From the sequence record MZ311864.1: 64,000 bases of DNA; one strand, written 5' to 3'. The translations under genes and the position numbers were made by a program. Position 1 is the first letter of the stretch; every line of letters begins with the position of its first letter. Of the stretch, positions 17,324 to 27,245 are shown piece by piece. The notes below the pieces were generated by a model. It was not told the origin of the DNA. It ran no database searches and was given only the letters and a program-made list of their open reading frames with translations. Origin of the DNA: Escherichia phage vB_EcoM_LNA4.

Positions 17324-20112
17324 TGGCAAAGTTAAGCCACAACATTGATAATGTGTTTCAGTTGATCGACGGACACATTCAGTTTCTTCAGAGAAACACC
17401 GGAGAGACAATCGATCCTACGGTTCAGCACTATATCCTGAACTTACAAAATGTTCTGGCTAACAACCGCCACTTCATCAACTGGACGGCGCAGGAAGCCC
17501 AACCAAATGGTGACGCAACAACCGAGGGTCAGTCAGTGCTGATCCTCGGCTGTGCTTATGCGTATCTCGCGTCTAATGACCCGAAATACCTTGAACTCGC
17601 AGAGGCCTATTGGCAGGCATATATCGACTGGTTCTTTGCGGGTCAGCCAATTCCTGATCCCCCTGCGGTATATCGCCCTAACTGGATCATTAATGGAAAA
17701 GAACCCCGCCTTGCTCACTACCCTCTTACCGATGATGGGTATCCAACCCACGGTGGTTTTAAGGGAAGTGTAATGTCATGGACAAACGGAAGAACCCTGA
17801 TCCCGCATGGCGCTCCTAATTGGGGTGAGTACCTTGACAAAGCTTGGTTTGCTTTTGACGGCAACCTTGGGTGGAACTCTGTCAACGCCACGGTGTATAA
17901 AGAAAACCCAGATGGAAGCACCAACTGGAATGAGTACGGTTCACAGTGGGATGTAGACTGGATCATTGATCGTCTGGGACGCAAGGTTGACTGGGATGGT
18001 AACATTCTCGAAGAGGGTCTTCCTGAATCCCAGTGGGGAACTGTTCAACTGAAGGATACCACAATCACGGGCAATTACAAGTTCAACTATGCGACATGTA
18101 ACCCTGTTGAGCATGGTGGATATCTGATGGGTAGAAATACCATGTGGCACAACCGCCCGGTTAACGTACCTATTGAAATGGGCTTCCAGGATAATGCCTC
18201 TGACGCAGAAACTTGGTGGTGCGATGCAAACTACGTGATGTATCAGATCACCGGGGAAAGAAAATACTGGCTTTGCTGGCAGTCTTCACTAATCGTCTGT
18301 GATAACTATTCAGATATCGACCGTTTTGACAAGTTCTTCCGTAAGTCAACATTCGCGACAATCCCATTCACCGACGGGATCAGTTATGACTACTCATATC
18401 CGTCAACGGCAATTCCTCAGTATTCTCGTGATTCTGATGGGTATATCGGTATTCGCCAAACTGTAGCAGCGCAAACTACCCTTGAGCAACAGGCAATCTG
18501 GTTCCGTGTTGACGGCACTTCAAAGCTCCGTGTTCAGTTCTCAGGGAAAGATGATGCTGGCAATGGGCTGCTATTCAGGCCAGAGCTTGATCTTAATAAA
18601 ACAAAATCTGAAACCGGAAGAGTAACCTATCGTTGTGGTCTTCCACGCGGTACAGACTCTATCGTTTCTATGGATATCCCCCTCTCAAACTTCGTGAGAC
18701 TAACCCCTCCGGGGGGCGGCAGTTACATTGTAGCAGACCCGCGTATTGTTGTTGATTGGGGATCTAACACGGTTATTGACTTCCAGTACCAGACAGGTAT
18801 CCTTGGAAGAATCAATGACCAAGCTTGTACGCTTGTGACCGATGCAGATGGTGGATGCACTATTGGTTTCTGGTTAACAGATACCGAGACCGCCGATCTT
18901 TCAGCGTTCACATACCGTTCTTATGCAGACAATTTTAACATTACCATCACCGACGACAACCTGTGGAGATGGTGGGCTATGGTTCCTGCGACCAACGGGG
19001 ATTGGACAACGCTCCAGTTGTCTCCGTCAAACTTTGTACTCAGCAGTTACCAACCCGACCACCCGGAAACAGATCCTAAACCAAACCAGATCAGTCTTCA
19101 CAATCTGAAGCAGATCAACTTGGCACCGGACACAGATCCGGTTGATGGTGTTAGCGCGAAGATCGACTGGTACTGTATCAACGCAGTTCCTGAGTTATAC
19201 ACCTCCACAGGTGGTGATGACTACACGATGTATTTCCGTATCACCGTGTCCGGGGACAACGCGTACAATGCTAAACTGGGCGACTGCACGATCATCGACT
19301 ACAAGACTAACAGCCTGTATTACACCCCAGGGTTGATTCCATTCTCTAACATTAGTGACCCTAACACGGCACTTTATGATGGGTGGCGAGGTCTTCCATA
19401 CCCAGGATATCAGTACCCAACCCTGTACTGCTTCAAAGGCCAGAATATCGACTGGACAAGGTTGAATAGTACGATTGATTTCCTGTACGACTCACAGATG
19501 TGGTTTTATAACACATTCCACCCTGTTATGCCGGGGCCTATGGCACAGGCATTTGTATGGGATCGATGGGATGCCCGTAAATATGGTCAACCAAACACCT
19601 TCACCATGAAACACTGGAACGAGAAGGCTTGGGACGGCTATGAGGCTCGTGCTTTCTTCTGTGTGTGTCGTTGCATCTATGAACTCTCTCAGCGTGGTGA
19701 GTCCATTCCTAGCAAGCTATTTACTGTTGCGAAGAACTGGGTTGATTATCTGAAGTGGTTCCAAGACAACAACGAGGGCCGTACCCCAACAATCTTTAAC
19801 CCTGACGGTACTGTTCTGGCACCAGAGGATGACTTTACAAGCCACATGTCAGCGTTGTTCATGGGTGGTTGCTCCATCCTCGGAATGGCGGGGATGCGTA
19901 ACCGTATTCCTAATATTGACATTGTGGCGGAGCGTTGTTTCAGTCTGATCCAAGAGAACTACATCATTCTTACTGCCAATCACCCTATGAATGGTAGCTG
20001 GTCTGTTGCCCCTCGTGCAGATACTGACAATGGGATGTTCTTTGGCTTCCATGCTGGGGAACTGTTACGAGGATTTGGACTGTATGCTATGTACAGAAAC
20101 CTTACAAGATAA
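17323..20112 (+). CDS. large tail-associated protein, possible polysaccharide-degrading receptor-binding protein
   Basis: 929 aa; ATG overlaps stop of anchor-domain gene (TAATG); Trp/Tyr-rich. Confidence 0.55.
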   Translation: MAKLSHNIDNVFQLIDGHIQFLQRNTGETIDPTVQHYILNLQNVLANNRHFINWTAQEAQPNGDATTEGQSVLILGCAYAYLASNDPKYLELAEAYWQAYIDWFFAGQPIPDPPAVYRPNWIINGKEPRLAHYPLTDDGYPTHGGFKGSVMSWTNGRTLIPHGAPNWGEYLDKAWFAFDGNLGWNSVNATVYKENPDGSTNWNEYGSQWDVDWIIDRLGRKVDWDGNILEEGLPESQWGTVQLKDTTITGNYKFNYATCNPVEHGGYLMGRNTMWHNRPVNVPIEMGFQDNASDAETWWCDANYVMYQITGERKYWLCWQSSLIVCDNYSDIDRFDKFFRKSTFATIPFTDGISYDYSYPSTAIPQYSRDSDGYIGIRQTVAAQTTLEQQAIWFRVDGTSKLRVQFSGKDDAGNGLLFRPELDLNKTKSETGRVTYRCGLPRGTDSIVSMDIPLSNFVRLTPPGGGSYIVADPRIVVDWGSNTVIDFQYQTGILGRINDQACTLVTDADGGCTIGFWLTDTETADLSAFTYRSYADNFNITITDDNLWRWWAMVPATNGDWTTLQLSPSNFVLSSYQPDHPETDPKPNQISLHNLKQINLAPDTDPVDGVSAKIDWYCINAVPELYTSTGGDDYTMYFRITVSGDNAYNAKLGDCTIIDYKTNSLYYTPGLIPFSNISDPNTALYDGWRGLPYPGYQYPTLYCFKGQNIDWTRLNSTIDFLYDSQMWFYNTFHPVMPGPMAQAFVWDRWDARKYGQPNTFTMKHWNEKAWDGYEARAFFCVCRCIYELSQRGESIPSKLFTVAKNWVDYLKWFQDNNEGRTPTIFNPDGTVLAPEDDFTSHMSALFMGGCSILGMAGMRNRIPNIDIVAERCFSLIQENYIILTANHPMNGSWSVAPRADTDNGMFFGFHAGELLRGFGLYAMYRNLTR

Positions 20113-20121
20113 GAGGAATTA

Positions 20122-22260
20122 ATGGCAGAACTATTACCTACCGTCAAGATTTCGGACCTGCCGACTGCGACGGATTCTTTCGAGGGAGATTTTCTGGTTG
20201 TTGACCAATCGGATGCTACACGTAAATCCACATGGTCAAGCCTGTTTTCCCGCTTCGGTGTTATGCGTATGTTCTCATTCCAGGATGGTGGTACGCTGAC
20301 CTCCGCTAAGGACCAGGTAATTGACCGAACAACCAACAAGGTATACCAGTGGACGGGGACTTACCCTAAGCTGGTCCCTGCTAACTCAACCCCGGAAAGC
20401 ACCGGGGGTGTTGGCACCGGAGGGTGGTCAGTTAACGATCCTTCTCTCCGTGGAGACCTTGCCGGGATCAACGGATCAACCTACGTTGGTGGCCCTGCGG
20501 GTACGGTGGCACAATCCCTTGATGGGTTTGTAACACCCTCTCAGTTTGTTGGGAAATACCCATCAACAAGTGAAGCAGTAACTGCAATGGTTGCTTATGC
20601 GAAAACCAACAAGAAAGCTATTCTGGCTTGGGGCTGGGAACTGACACTAGAGACAAGTGTTTACATCGACGGTGTAGAGTGGTATGGTGGTGCATTCAAC
20701 CAGTCCGGCGGTAACCGCTATATGTACTTGTCAAACAGTACATTCCGTTGGACTACCTTTACTGGGGTTTGTACCCGCCACTACGGTGGGCGACTGATCA
20801 TCACTGATTCTGCTTGGTTAAACAACACAAACACAGCAGCAATGCTGATTCAGGCACTCCCTGTTGATGGTACAATTGACATTCTTGACAGTGATTTCCG
20901 TGGGTGTAAATACGGTATCCTGCAACAAGGTACTGGCGCTCTGATCACCCGTGCTCGTTTTGCTCGACTGAACTTCAATGATTTGACAGGCGATGCGATT
21001 GAGTGTAACGTTGTTAACCGTCACTACAAAGCGGGTGGTTTGACAATCGAAGATATCAACATTGACAATATCAACAACACAGACAACTCTCCTAACTGGG
21101 GTATCGGTATCGGTGTTGCTGGTCAGGGTCCATACGGTGCCAACGCTTCCGATGACCAGTACGTCAGTGGGATCATCATTCGTAACGTCAAGATGCGCCG
21201 TGTACGTCAGTGTATCCACTTCGAACTTTGCCGAGATTTCAAGGTAGAGAACGTAGAGGTTTACCCGGACGCTTCCGTTTCTAACGGTACACTTCTGGCA
21301 TCGGGCGGTGTTGTTTGCTACGGCTCTAAAGACTTCATCATTGATGGTGTTCGTGGAGAGATGGTTAATGGTGCAACACGCTTCATTTACTTTGGTTGGG
21401 GTGTTAACGCCGGAACATATGCTGCTCCGTGTCGTGACTTTACGTTGAGAAACGTTAGAACCCACACTGGGCTGGTAGACATCCCTGTGAGTGCCAGAGA
21501 TGACTGGACTAACACTGTGACGGTTGAGGATGTCGAGTGCGACACCTTCAAATACCGTGGTCTTGTTTCACGTCTTCGTCTTGCAGACATCCGTTGCAAT
21601 CTCTTTGATGGTATCGGTGACTACGAGGCAGGCCAAGGTGAGGCAGGTGGGGCTATGAAACGCTGGGCTTGGTGTTCTGCCGAGATCCTGAATATCAACA
21701 GCCTTGATGCTAACGGTGTTGCGAACGGTAGTTTTGGACAGGTTGGCTTCGACCATGTTACGACATACGGTTGTAACTTTGACGTAGTTCAACACTCCAA
21801 GACAAATGGTAACCGTGGTGTTACACTGTTGAACGCTGGGAACATTTACATCGCTGATAACGACCTTTTCCCACAAGGTAAAGAGTTCGTGAAAGGTGAC
21901 ATCATTCTTAAAAAGACTGGTGGTTTATTCGTTGTTGAAACTGGAGGTTCCTACATTGAAGCAAATGACTTTATCCGTGCTACAACAGTCGGATCTAAGA
22001 CCATTCAATGTGCTGCCGATTCCGGAGTAAGTCAGCCTTGGGCGACTCGTGCGTTTAAATCCGCAGGTCTCCAGTTGACCATCCCAGGAGCAGGCGCTGG
22101 AGGTACAGACCTGAAGACAACCGTCATTCGCGCTCCATATCAAAACGGGGCCTGGACAACACCGTTCTATCTGGATATTGCTGATCCTATTCAGACAGCC
22201 ACTCCTGATAATACGGCTCTTGTTTCAACAAACCCGGTAGTATACAGCGAAAGGACTTAA
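20122..22260 (+). CDS. tailspike protein with beta-helix-type repeats
   Basis: 712 aa; conserved N-terminal anchor domain then Asn/Gly/Val-rich repeats typical of parallel beta-helix depolymerases. Confidence 0.65.
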   Translation: MAELLPTVKISDLPTATDSFEGDFLVVDQSDATRKSTWSSLFSRFGVMRMFSFQDGGTLTSAKDQVIDRTTNKVYQWTGTYPKLVPANSTPESTGGVGTGGWSVNDPSLRGDLAGINGSTYVGGPAGTVAQSLDGFVTPSQFVGKYPSTSEAVTAMVAYAKTNKKAILAWGWELTLETSVYIDGVEWYGGAFNQSGGNRYMYLSNSTFRWTTFTGVCTRHYGGRLIITDSAWLNNTNTAAMLIQALPVDGTIDILDSDFRGCKYGILQQGTGALITRARFARLNFNDLTGDAIECNVVNRHYKAGGLTIEDINIDNINNTDNSPNWGIGIGVAGQGPYGANASDDQYVSGIIIRNVKMRRVRQCIHFELCRDFKVENVEVYPDASVSNGTLLASGGVVCYGSKDFIIDGVRGEMVNGATRFIYFGWGVNAGTYAAPCRDFTLRNVRTHTGLVDIPVSARDDWTNTVTVEDVECDTFKYRGLVSRLRLADIRCNLFDGIGDYEAGQGEAGGAMKRWAWCSAEILNINSLDANGVANGSFGQVGFDHVTTYGCNFDVVQHSKTNGNRGVTLLNAGNIYIADNDLFPQGKEFVKGDIILKKTGGLFVVETGGSYIEANDFIRATTVGSKTIQCAADSGVSQPWATRAFKSAGLQLTIPGAGAGGTDLKTTVIRAPYQNGAWTTPFYLDIADPIQTATPDNTALVSTNPVVYSERT

Positions 22261-22263
22261 ATA

Positions 22264-22288
22264 ACAAGGGGCTTCGGCCCCTTTTCTC
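22264..22288 (+). terminator. rho-independent terminator (GGGGC-UUCG-GCCCC)
   Basis: Hairpin followed by ttttctc. Confidence 0.75.
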
Positions 22289-22298
22289 ATTATAAGCC

Positions 22299-22327
22299 TT
22301 TATAATTAAATCACAATATGATAAAAT
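22299..22327 (+). promoter_or_regulatory. sigma70-like promoter candidate (TATAAT and TGaTAAAAT -10-like elements)
   Basis: AT-rich region between terminator and GTG-start gene. Confidence 0.4.
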
Positions 22328-22368
22328 AGCAACATCTTAGAGCAAAAATCTAGCAAGAGGAGGCGTTC

Positions 22369-23862
22369 GTGGCTGCTCAATATGGATTAAACGACTACGG
22401 CTTTGCGATCCCATCCCTTGATGATCTAATCGCAGATACAAAGCAGTCACTAATCCGAACTTTCGGTGAGAACTTCAACACACAGTCAAACACTATTGTT
22501 GATAAGCTTACCACAATTTTGAATGAAAGGGAGTACCAGTTAATCCTTCTGGCTGCGGCTGTGTATTCTGCACAGACCCTTGCAGGTGCTGAAGGTATTT
22601 ACCTGGATGAACTGCTTGGTCGTCGTGGTATTTATCGTCGTGGGAAAACAAGAGGCTCCGGTACGGTACAGATGGTTGTAAACAACACTGTGCCATACAA
22701 CATGATCTACAGTGCTGCAACATATAGCATCGACAGTGGCAACTTCGTACTTAACCAAGACACCCCGGTAGCTGGTAATATCCTTGCACAGCAAATCCTG
22801 AACCCGGACTGGGTGCTTGGTAACTACACCTTCCAGATGATGAACCAGAATGATGGTACAACTAAGACAATGGCCCTGACCCTGAGCAACAAAACGCCTA
22901 ACAGCGCTCAGATGAATGCCTTTATGTCTTCCATCAAAGACTTTATCATCCAGAACACCACGCAGTTAAACGAAGACAGAATCTTCATTGATTCTGCCAA
23001 CGGTGCTCTGTATATTGGTTATGATGCCAACAAAAAAATGATCGGTCTTAACAGCCGTGTTGATTTTCGTTCCTCCCCAGTTATCGGGCAGAGAACGATC
23101 ACGATGGATGTTATTGCCGCTGAAGCTGGTGAGATCTCTCGTGAAGCAAACACCGTAACAAACATCAGCCCAACCCCAAGTGGCTTTATCAGTATGACGA
23201 ACATGGCTGCATTTAACGATGGGTCAGACGTTGAAACCGATACAGACTACAAGGTCCGTGCTGCTAACAGTACAGCCGCTGGCGCTGCTGCTACCCGTCC
23301 TGCTGTCATCTCTGCTGTTCTTAACGTAGAGGGTGTCAGCAAGGTCCGTGTGTTCTCTAACAACACCGGATCAACGGATCAGTATGGTGTGCCTGCATAT
23401 AAGTTCGAAACTGTTGTGTATGGTGGTTCAACTGAGGATATCAGTCAAGCGCTTTATAACACAATTGCATTATCCAACGCAACCTATGGTAATGTCTTCT
23501 ATGATATCACCACAGAGGATGATCAGACAGAACGAATTTTCCACAGTAAGGCTCAGGCCCGTGAACTCGCACTTCGCGTTCGTTACAAAGGGAAACTTCT
23601 CTCAGTCACAGAGCAAAACACAATCAAAGATGCTTTGAAGGCAGTTGTTGATCCTTTAAACATCGCAGACACCCTGTACAACATTCAGTTGGTATCTGCG
23701 GTAGGTTCTTCAATCTCTCCTGGTCGATTCACTCAACTGTTTGTTGATGTAAAGAATGTTGGTCAACCAGACAGTTCCTACACAAACAGCGATGTGGTGG
23801 CCGGGATGACACAAGTCTTCGCACTGGATACAGACGACATCACCTTCCAGCAAATCATCTAA
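22369..23862 (+). CDS. baseplate J-like protein (gp6/gpJ family)
   Basis: GTG start with AGGAGG RBS; segment AEGIYLDELLGRRGIYRRGKTRGSGTVQMVV matches baseplate J-type pattern. Confidence 0.55.
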   Translation: MAAQYGLNDYGFAIPSLDDLIADTKQSLIRTFGENFNTQSNTIVDKLTTILNEREYQLILLAAAVYSAQTLAGAEGIYLDELLGRRGIYRRGKTRGSGTVQMVVNNTVPYNMIYSAATYSIDSGNFVLNQDTPVAGNILAQQILNPDWVLGNYTFQMMNQNDGTTKTMALTLSNKTPNSAQMNAFMSSIKDFIIQNTTQLNEDRIFIDSANGALYIGYDANKKMIGLNSRVDFRSSPVIGQRTITMDVIAAEAGEISREANTVTNISPTPSGFISMTNMAAFNDGSDVETDTDYKVRAANSTAAGAAATRPAVISAVLNVEGVSKVRVFSNNTGSTDQYGVPAYKFETVVYGGSTEDISQALYNTIALSNATYGNVFYDITTEDDQTERIFHSKAQARELALRVRYKGKLLSVTEQNTIKDALKAVVDPLNIADTLYNIQLVSAVGSSISPGRFTQLFVDVKNVGQPDSSYTNSDVVAGMTQVFALDTDDITFQQII

Positions 23863-23872
23863 CGAGGTAAGC

Positions 23873-24505
23873 ATGGCAGATTATCTAAAGGATGTCAACC
23901 ACATCCATACTCTGCCAGATTTCGTACAGGGTGGTATTGATTACCTCCCTGGCGATTTTCTGAAAGAGAAAGAAAACCTTGTCAAGTTCATGACGGTATA
24001 TCTCGAAAGACTTAAAGCAATTGACGAAATGTGGGTCAATCTGTCTGAAGGTAGATTACTGAAGAATGCAACTGGTGTCAACCTCGATGAGATTGGCAAG
24101 CAGGTGGGGATTGAGCGTAACGGTCTTAGCGATATGAACTATCGTGCGATCATCATCATCCTCCTTGCGAGTGCTGCGAAGCACGGTACAAGACCAGAGG
24201 TTATTGACACACTTGACCAACTGTTCGGGACAGGAAATTTCACCACGTATAAGGGTGACAACTACCGTTTCGACATTAACATTTCAAAGACGTGTTTTGA
24301 ATTGGAGACAGCCCTCCAGGAAATCCAAGACATGTTGCCTATGCCTACCCACCTGAGACTCACAGAGTCCAGCGGTACGGCTTTTGGTTTCTCAGGCGAT
24401 AAGTATGCACTTGGGTTTGGTTCAGTCCACTCAGGTGGTCGTACAGGTGAAGGTGGCCTTGCACACCTGACATATACGTCTGATGAAGAGAATACCTTGA
24501 TTTAA
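23873..24505 (+). CDS. putative baseplate wedge protein (P2 gpI-like position)
   Basis: 210 aa ORF between baseplate J-like gene and tail fibre gene. Confidence 0.4.
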   Translation: MADYLKDVNHIHTLPDFVQGGIDYLPGDFLKEKENLVKFMTVYLERLKAIDEMWVNLSEGRLLKNATGVNLDEIGKQVGIERNGLSDMNYRAIIIILLASAAKHGTRPEVIDTLDQLFGTGNFTTYKGDNYRFDINISKTCFELETALQEIQDMLPMPTHLRLTESSGTAFGFSGDKYALGFGSVHSGGRTGEGGLAHLTYTSDEENTLI

Positions 24506-24516
24506 GGGAGATAGCA

Positions 24517-25629
24517 ATGGCAGCGCCAACAGTACCTATTGAAATTTGGGCCTATGGGAACATTGTCCTCCCTAATACCCACGAGTTAAACAAATCCCGT
24601 CCTATTGATGACCTTTGGAACAAAGGTTGGGACATGGGTGAAAAACCTTCTTGCGAAGAGTTCAACTATGTGCTAAACATGGTTACGGCATGGGCCAAGT
24701 ACATCACTGGTGAACAGATCCCCGCTCTTGATAGCCGATTCCTACGTGTTACTCAGAACTTGGCTGATGTACCCAACAAGGCCACTGCTCGTACAAACCT
24801 CGATGTGTGGAGCAAGGGAGAGTCCGACACGCGTTATGTGAATGTGTCTGGTGACACCATGACCGGGAACCTTTCTGTTCCTCGTTTAGATTTGCAGGCA
24901 TCTTCTTCTGACTTTGCCTACATCACCACAACTAACCCAGCATCTGACTGGACATACTTTGATTTTGTTCTTGGTGATAATCCAGGGACGGCAGGGTCTT
25001 CCGGTGTTGATACAATGCGTTTCCGCTTCACACCTTCTGGTGGCAGCATCTTTAACATGATGGAGCTGAACGCTATCAGCGCCACTGCTGCCCTGTGTCG
25101 TGTAACAGGTAACATCATCGCGAGCGGAAGTATTCAGGGTTCTTCAATGACAGCAACCTCTGCAACTTTCACGAACGGTACAGTAAGCAACACCTGGACG
25201 GTAAACACCCTCCAGTCAACAACAACCCGTGCGACCAACGTTGTGGCTACAAACAACGTATCCACCGGGACACTGAACGTAAGCTCAACAACCACAACTG
25301 CTAACCTTGTTGTCCAGAACAACAGTGCAACGGTTGGTGGTCGTCACGTTGTCCGTGCTGTGAACGGTAACACTGCTGATGGTAACGGTAACGTAACAAT
25401 CTCCCTGCCTCCGCAAGGTGTTCAGGATGTTCGTCTGGGTTCAGAGATCTCTACGAACCGTTATTCTCTTGGTGGTGAATCCTTTGTGTATCGTGCGCCT
25501 GGGGGATGTGTTGTGACAGGTTTCAACATCTGGTCAAAATCTGGTAACAACGATGAATTCCGCGATATGTATTCTCGCCCAATCCAGAAGTATATCAACG
25601 GCGGTTGGTACACAATCGGACAGCTCTAA
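24517..25629 (+). CDS. tail fibre protein
   Basis: 370 aa; N-terminal fibre-type motif (DDLWNKGWDMGEKP...EEFNYVLNMVTAWAKYI), Thr/Asn/Val-rich shaft. Confidence 0.6.
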   Translation: MAAPTVPIEIWAYGNIVLPNTHELNKSRPIDDLWNKGWDMGEKPSCEEFNYVLNMVTAWAKYITGEQIPALDSRFLRVTQNLADVPNKATARTNLDVWSKGESDTRYVNVSGDTMTGNLSVPRLDLQASSSDFAYITTTNPASDWTYFDFVLGDNPGTAGSSGVDTMRFRFTPSGGSIFNMMELNAISATAALCRVTGNIIASGSIQGSSMTATSATFTNGTVSNTWTVNTLQSTTTRATNVVATNNVSTGTLNVSSTTTTANLVVQNNSATVGGRHVVRAVNGNTADGNGNVTISLPPQGVQDVRLGSEISTNRYSLGGESFVYRAPGGCVVTGFNIWSKSGNNDEFRDMYSRPIQKYINGGWYTIGQL

Positions 25630-25640
25630 CAGGAGGCTAA

Positions 25641-26156
25641 ATGGTACACCTTAAGAATGTGGAGATCTATACTCCTGAGAAAGTACCTGAAGAACTCGCA
25701 ACCTACGGGGTGATGTTCTTTAGATCTGAGGATGGTCAGGATTTCTACGAGGCCATCAAAGACATGAAAGAAGACACAATGAAGGTCTTATACGCAGATG
25801 GTATTGTAACAGGGTTTTCCCTTGATGCAAGCTCTCTGTATCCACCGGGTGCCTCTCTCGTTGAGGTCCCTCTGGATAAAGTCCCTGCGGATCTTGAACT
25901 TGGTCGGAAATATCTCTTTGATGCAAAGACTCTCAAATTCAAAGTCAACCCTGACTTCTTGACAAGAGATCTTGACATCCAGAAGCAAAACCTACTGGCG
26001 CTGGCGAACGATAAGATCGCCCAGTATCAGGATAAGGTGGATCTGGAGACCGCTACCAAGGGAGAGGTAACCGCCCTTAAGAACTGGAAAGCCTATAGAA
26101 TCAAAGTTCGTGAAGCGACTGACGTGGGTTCTCTACCAAAACAACCACGCGTGTAA
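25641..26156 (+). CDS. tail fibre assembly protein (Tfa-like)
   Basis: 171 aa after fibre gene; C-terminal pattern ALKNWKAYRIKVREATDVGSLPKQP typical of Tfa chaperones. Confidence 0.6.
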   Translation: MVHLKNVEIYTPEKVPEELATYGVMFFRSEDGQDFYEAIKDMKEDTMKVLYADGIVTGFSLDASSLYPPGASLVEVPLDKVPADLELGRKYLFDAKTLKFKVNPDFLTRDLDIQKQNLLALANDKIAQYQDKVDLETATKGEVTALKNWKAYRIKVREATDVGSLPKQPRV

Positions 26157-26165
26157 GGAGCTACC

Positions 26166-26480
26166 ATGTCCATTGATCTATTTGCTATCCTGAAAGCTGT
26201 CTGGGGCGTTGTCACGTTTGTCCTGATTGGTGTCCTTAGAATCACATACTCCGATTACAAAAAAACGCAAGAACGCCTTGATGAACTTGATAAAGATATC
26301 ATAAGGATTAAGGCAGAGATGGTCACAAAAGAGAAACTGGATGAGATTCTGGATAAGAAACTCAAGACTGTTCGTGATGACGTTTCAGAATTGCGTAAGG
26401 ACATCAAAGAAGACGTGGGTGATCTGAGAGCAGACCTGAGCAATCAGTTTAAAATGCTCATGGAGCGTCAACTTAGATGA
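26166..26480 (+). CDS. membrane protein with coiled-coil domain
   Basis: 104 aa; N-terminal helix LFAILKAVWGVVTFVLIGVL then charged coiled coil. Confidence 0.5.
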   Translation: MSIDLFAILKAVWGVVTFVLIGVLRITYSDYKKTQERLDELDKDIIRIKAEMVTKEKLDEILDKKLKTVRDDVSELRKDIKEDVGDLRADLSNQFKMLMERQLR

Positions 26481-26950
26481 TAAGTTCAGCACTGTATTTT
26501 ATTTGCTTTGCAGTGCTGCTGCTTAACGCTGACAAGGGAATACGGATCATGTCGATTTTTGGTATGATCCATATTCTTTTAGAGAATGCACTGTACTGGT
26601 GGTTCTCTGCTCACGGCGTTTATTTTGATTTGTCGTTGTATATGACCCTGTGTTGGTTGCTCGACATCGCCCTTTTATTCGGTACAGCGTGTGTATTGTC
26701 GGGATGGAAGAAGAAGTTGACACTTTCAGTGTCAGTTCCGATACTCTTCTGCCAGATAATAGTCATGCAATTTCCATTCCTCTTACCCTTTGCATTGAAC
26801 TTTGTCATCAACTCGTCATATCAGTCCTTAATGGAAGTGCTGATCCTTTGCGCCTCTTTCAAGGATAACACAATCAAAGAGTGGATAAAAACTGCAACAG
26901 TGGTAAGCCTCGTGGTTCTTGCAAGGTTCCTACCCATGTTAGTTCATTGA
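26477..26950 (+). CDS. polytopic membrane protein
   Basis: 157 aa with 4-5 hydrophobic segments; ATGA overlap with upstream gene. Confidence 0.5.
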   Translation: MISSALYFICFAVLLLNADKGIRIMSIFGMIHILLENALYWWFSAHGVYFDLSLYMTLCWLLDIALLFGTACVLSGWKKKLTLSVSVPILFCQIIVMQFPFLLPFALNFVINSSYQSLMEVLILCASFKDNTIKEWIKTATVVSLVVLARFLPMLVH

Positions 26951-26965
26951 GAATCTTGAGGAAAT

Positions 26966-27235
26966 ATGTTAAAATCAATAATGAAATTTTTGAAGGATCT
27001 CGTTAGGTCACCAGTTGATCCGGCGAAGGCCTCACACACAAAGTTCTGGAGCAATATCGGCCTGGCATCTATGACCGCAGTATTCCTCTATTGGGGATTC
27101 AAAGGCACGTTGACAGAGTGGTACATGTGGGTTTATGCACCCACTGTTGCTGCACCGCAACTTATCAGCAAACTCATCTCTCTCCGCTGGGGCGTAACAG
27201 AAGCCCAGCGCGAAGATCAAAAGTCAGACCAATAA
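26966..27235 (+). CDS. small membrane protein
   Basis: 89 aa with hydrophobic segments. Confidence 0.45.
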   Translation: MLKSIMKFLKDLVRSPVDPAKASHTKFWSNIGLASMTAVFLYWGFKGTLTEWYMWVYAPTVAAPQLISKLISLRWGVTEAQREDQKSDQ

Positions 27236-27245
27236 GGAGACTCTT

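Noticed and set aside
3576-22288. Repeated GGGGCTTCGGCCCC elements as a possible CRISPR array or repeat family
   Set aside because: Copies are kilobases apart at gene ends, palindromic and followed by T tracts; they are terminator hairpins, not CRISPR repeats with spacers.
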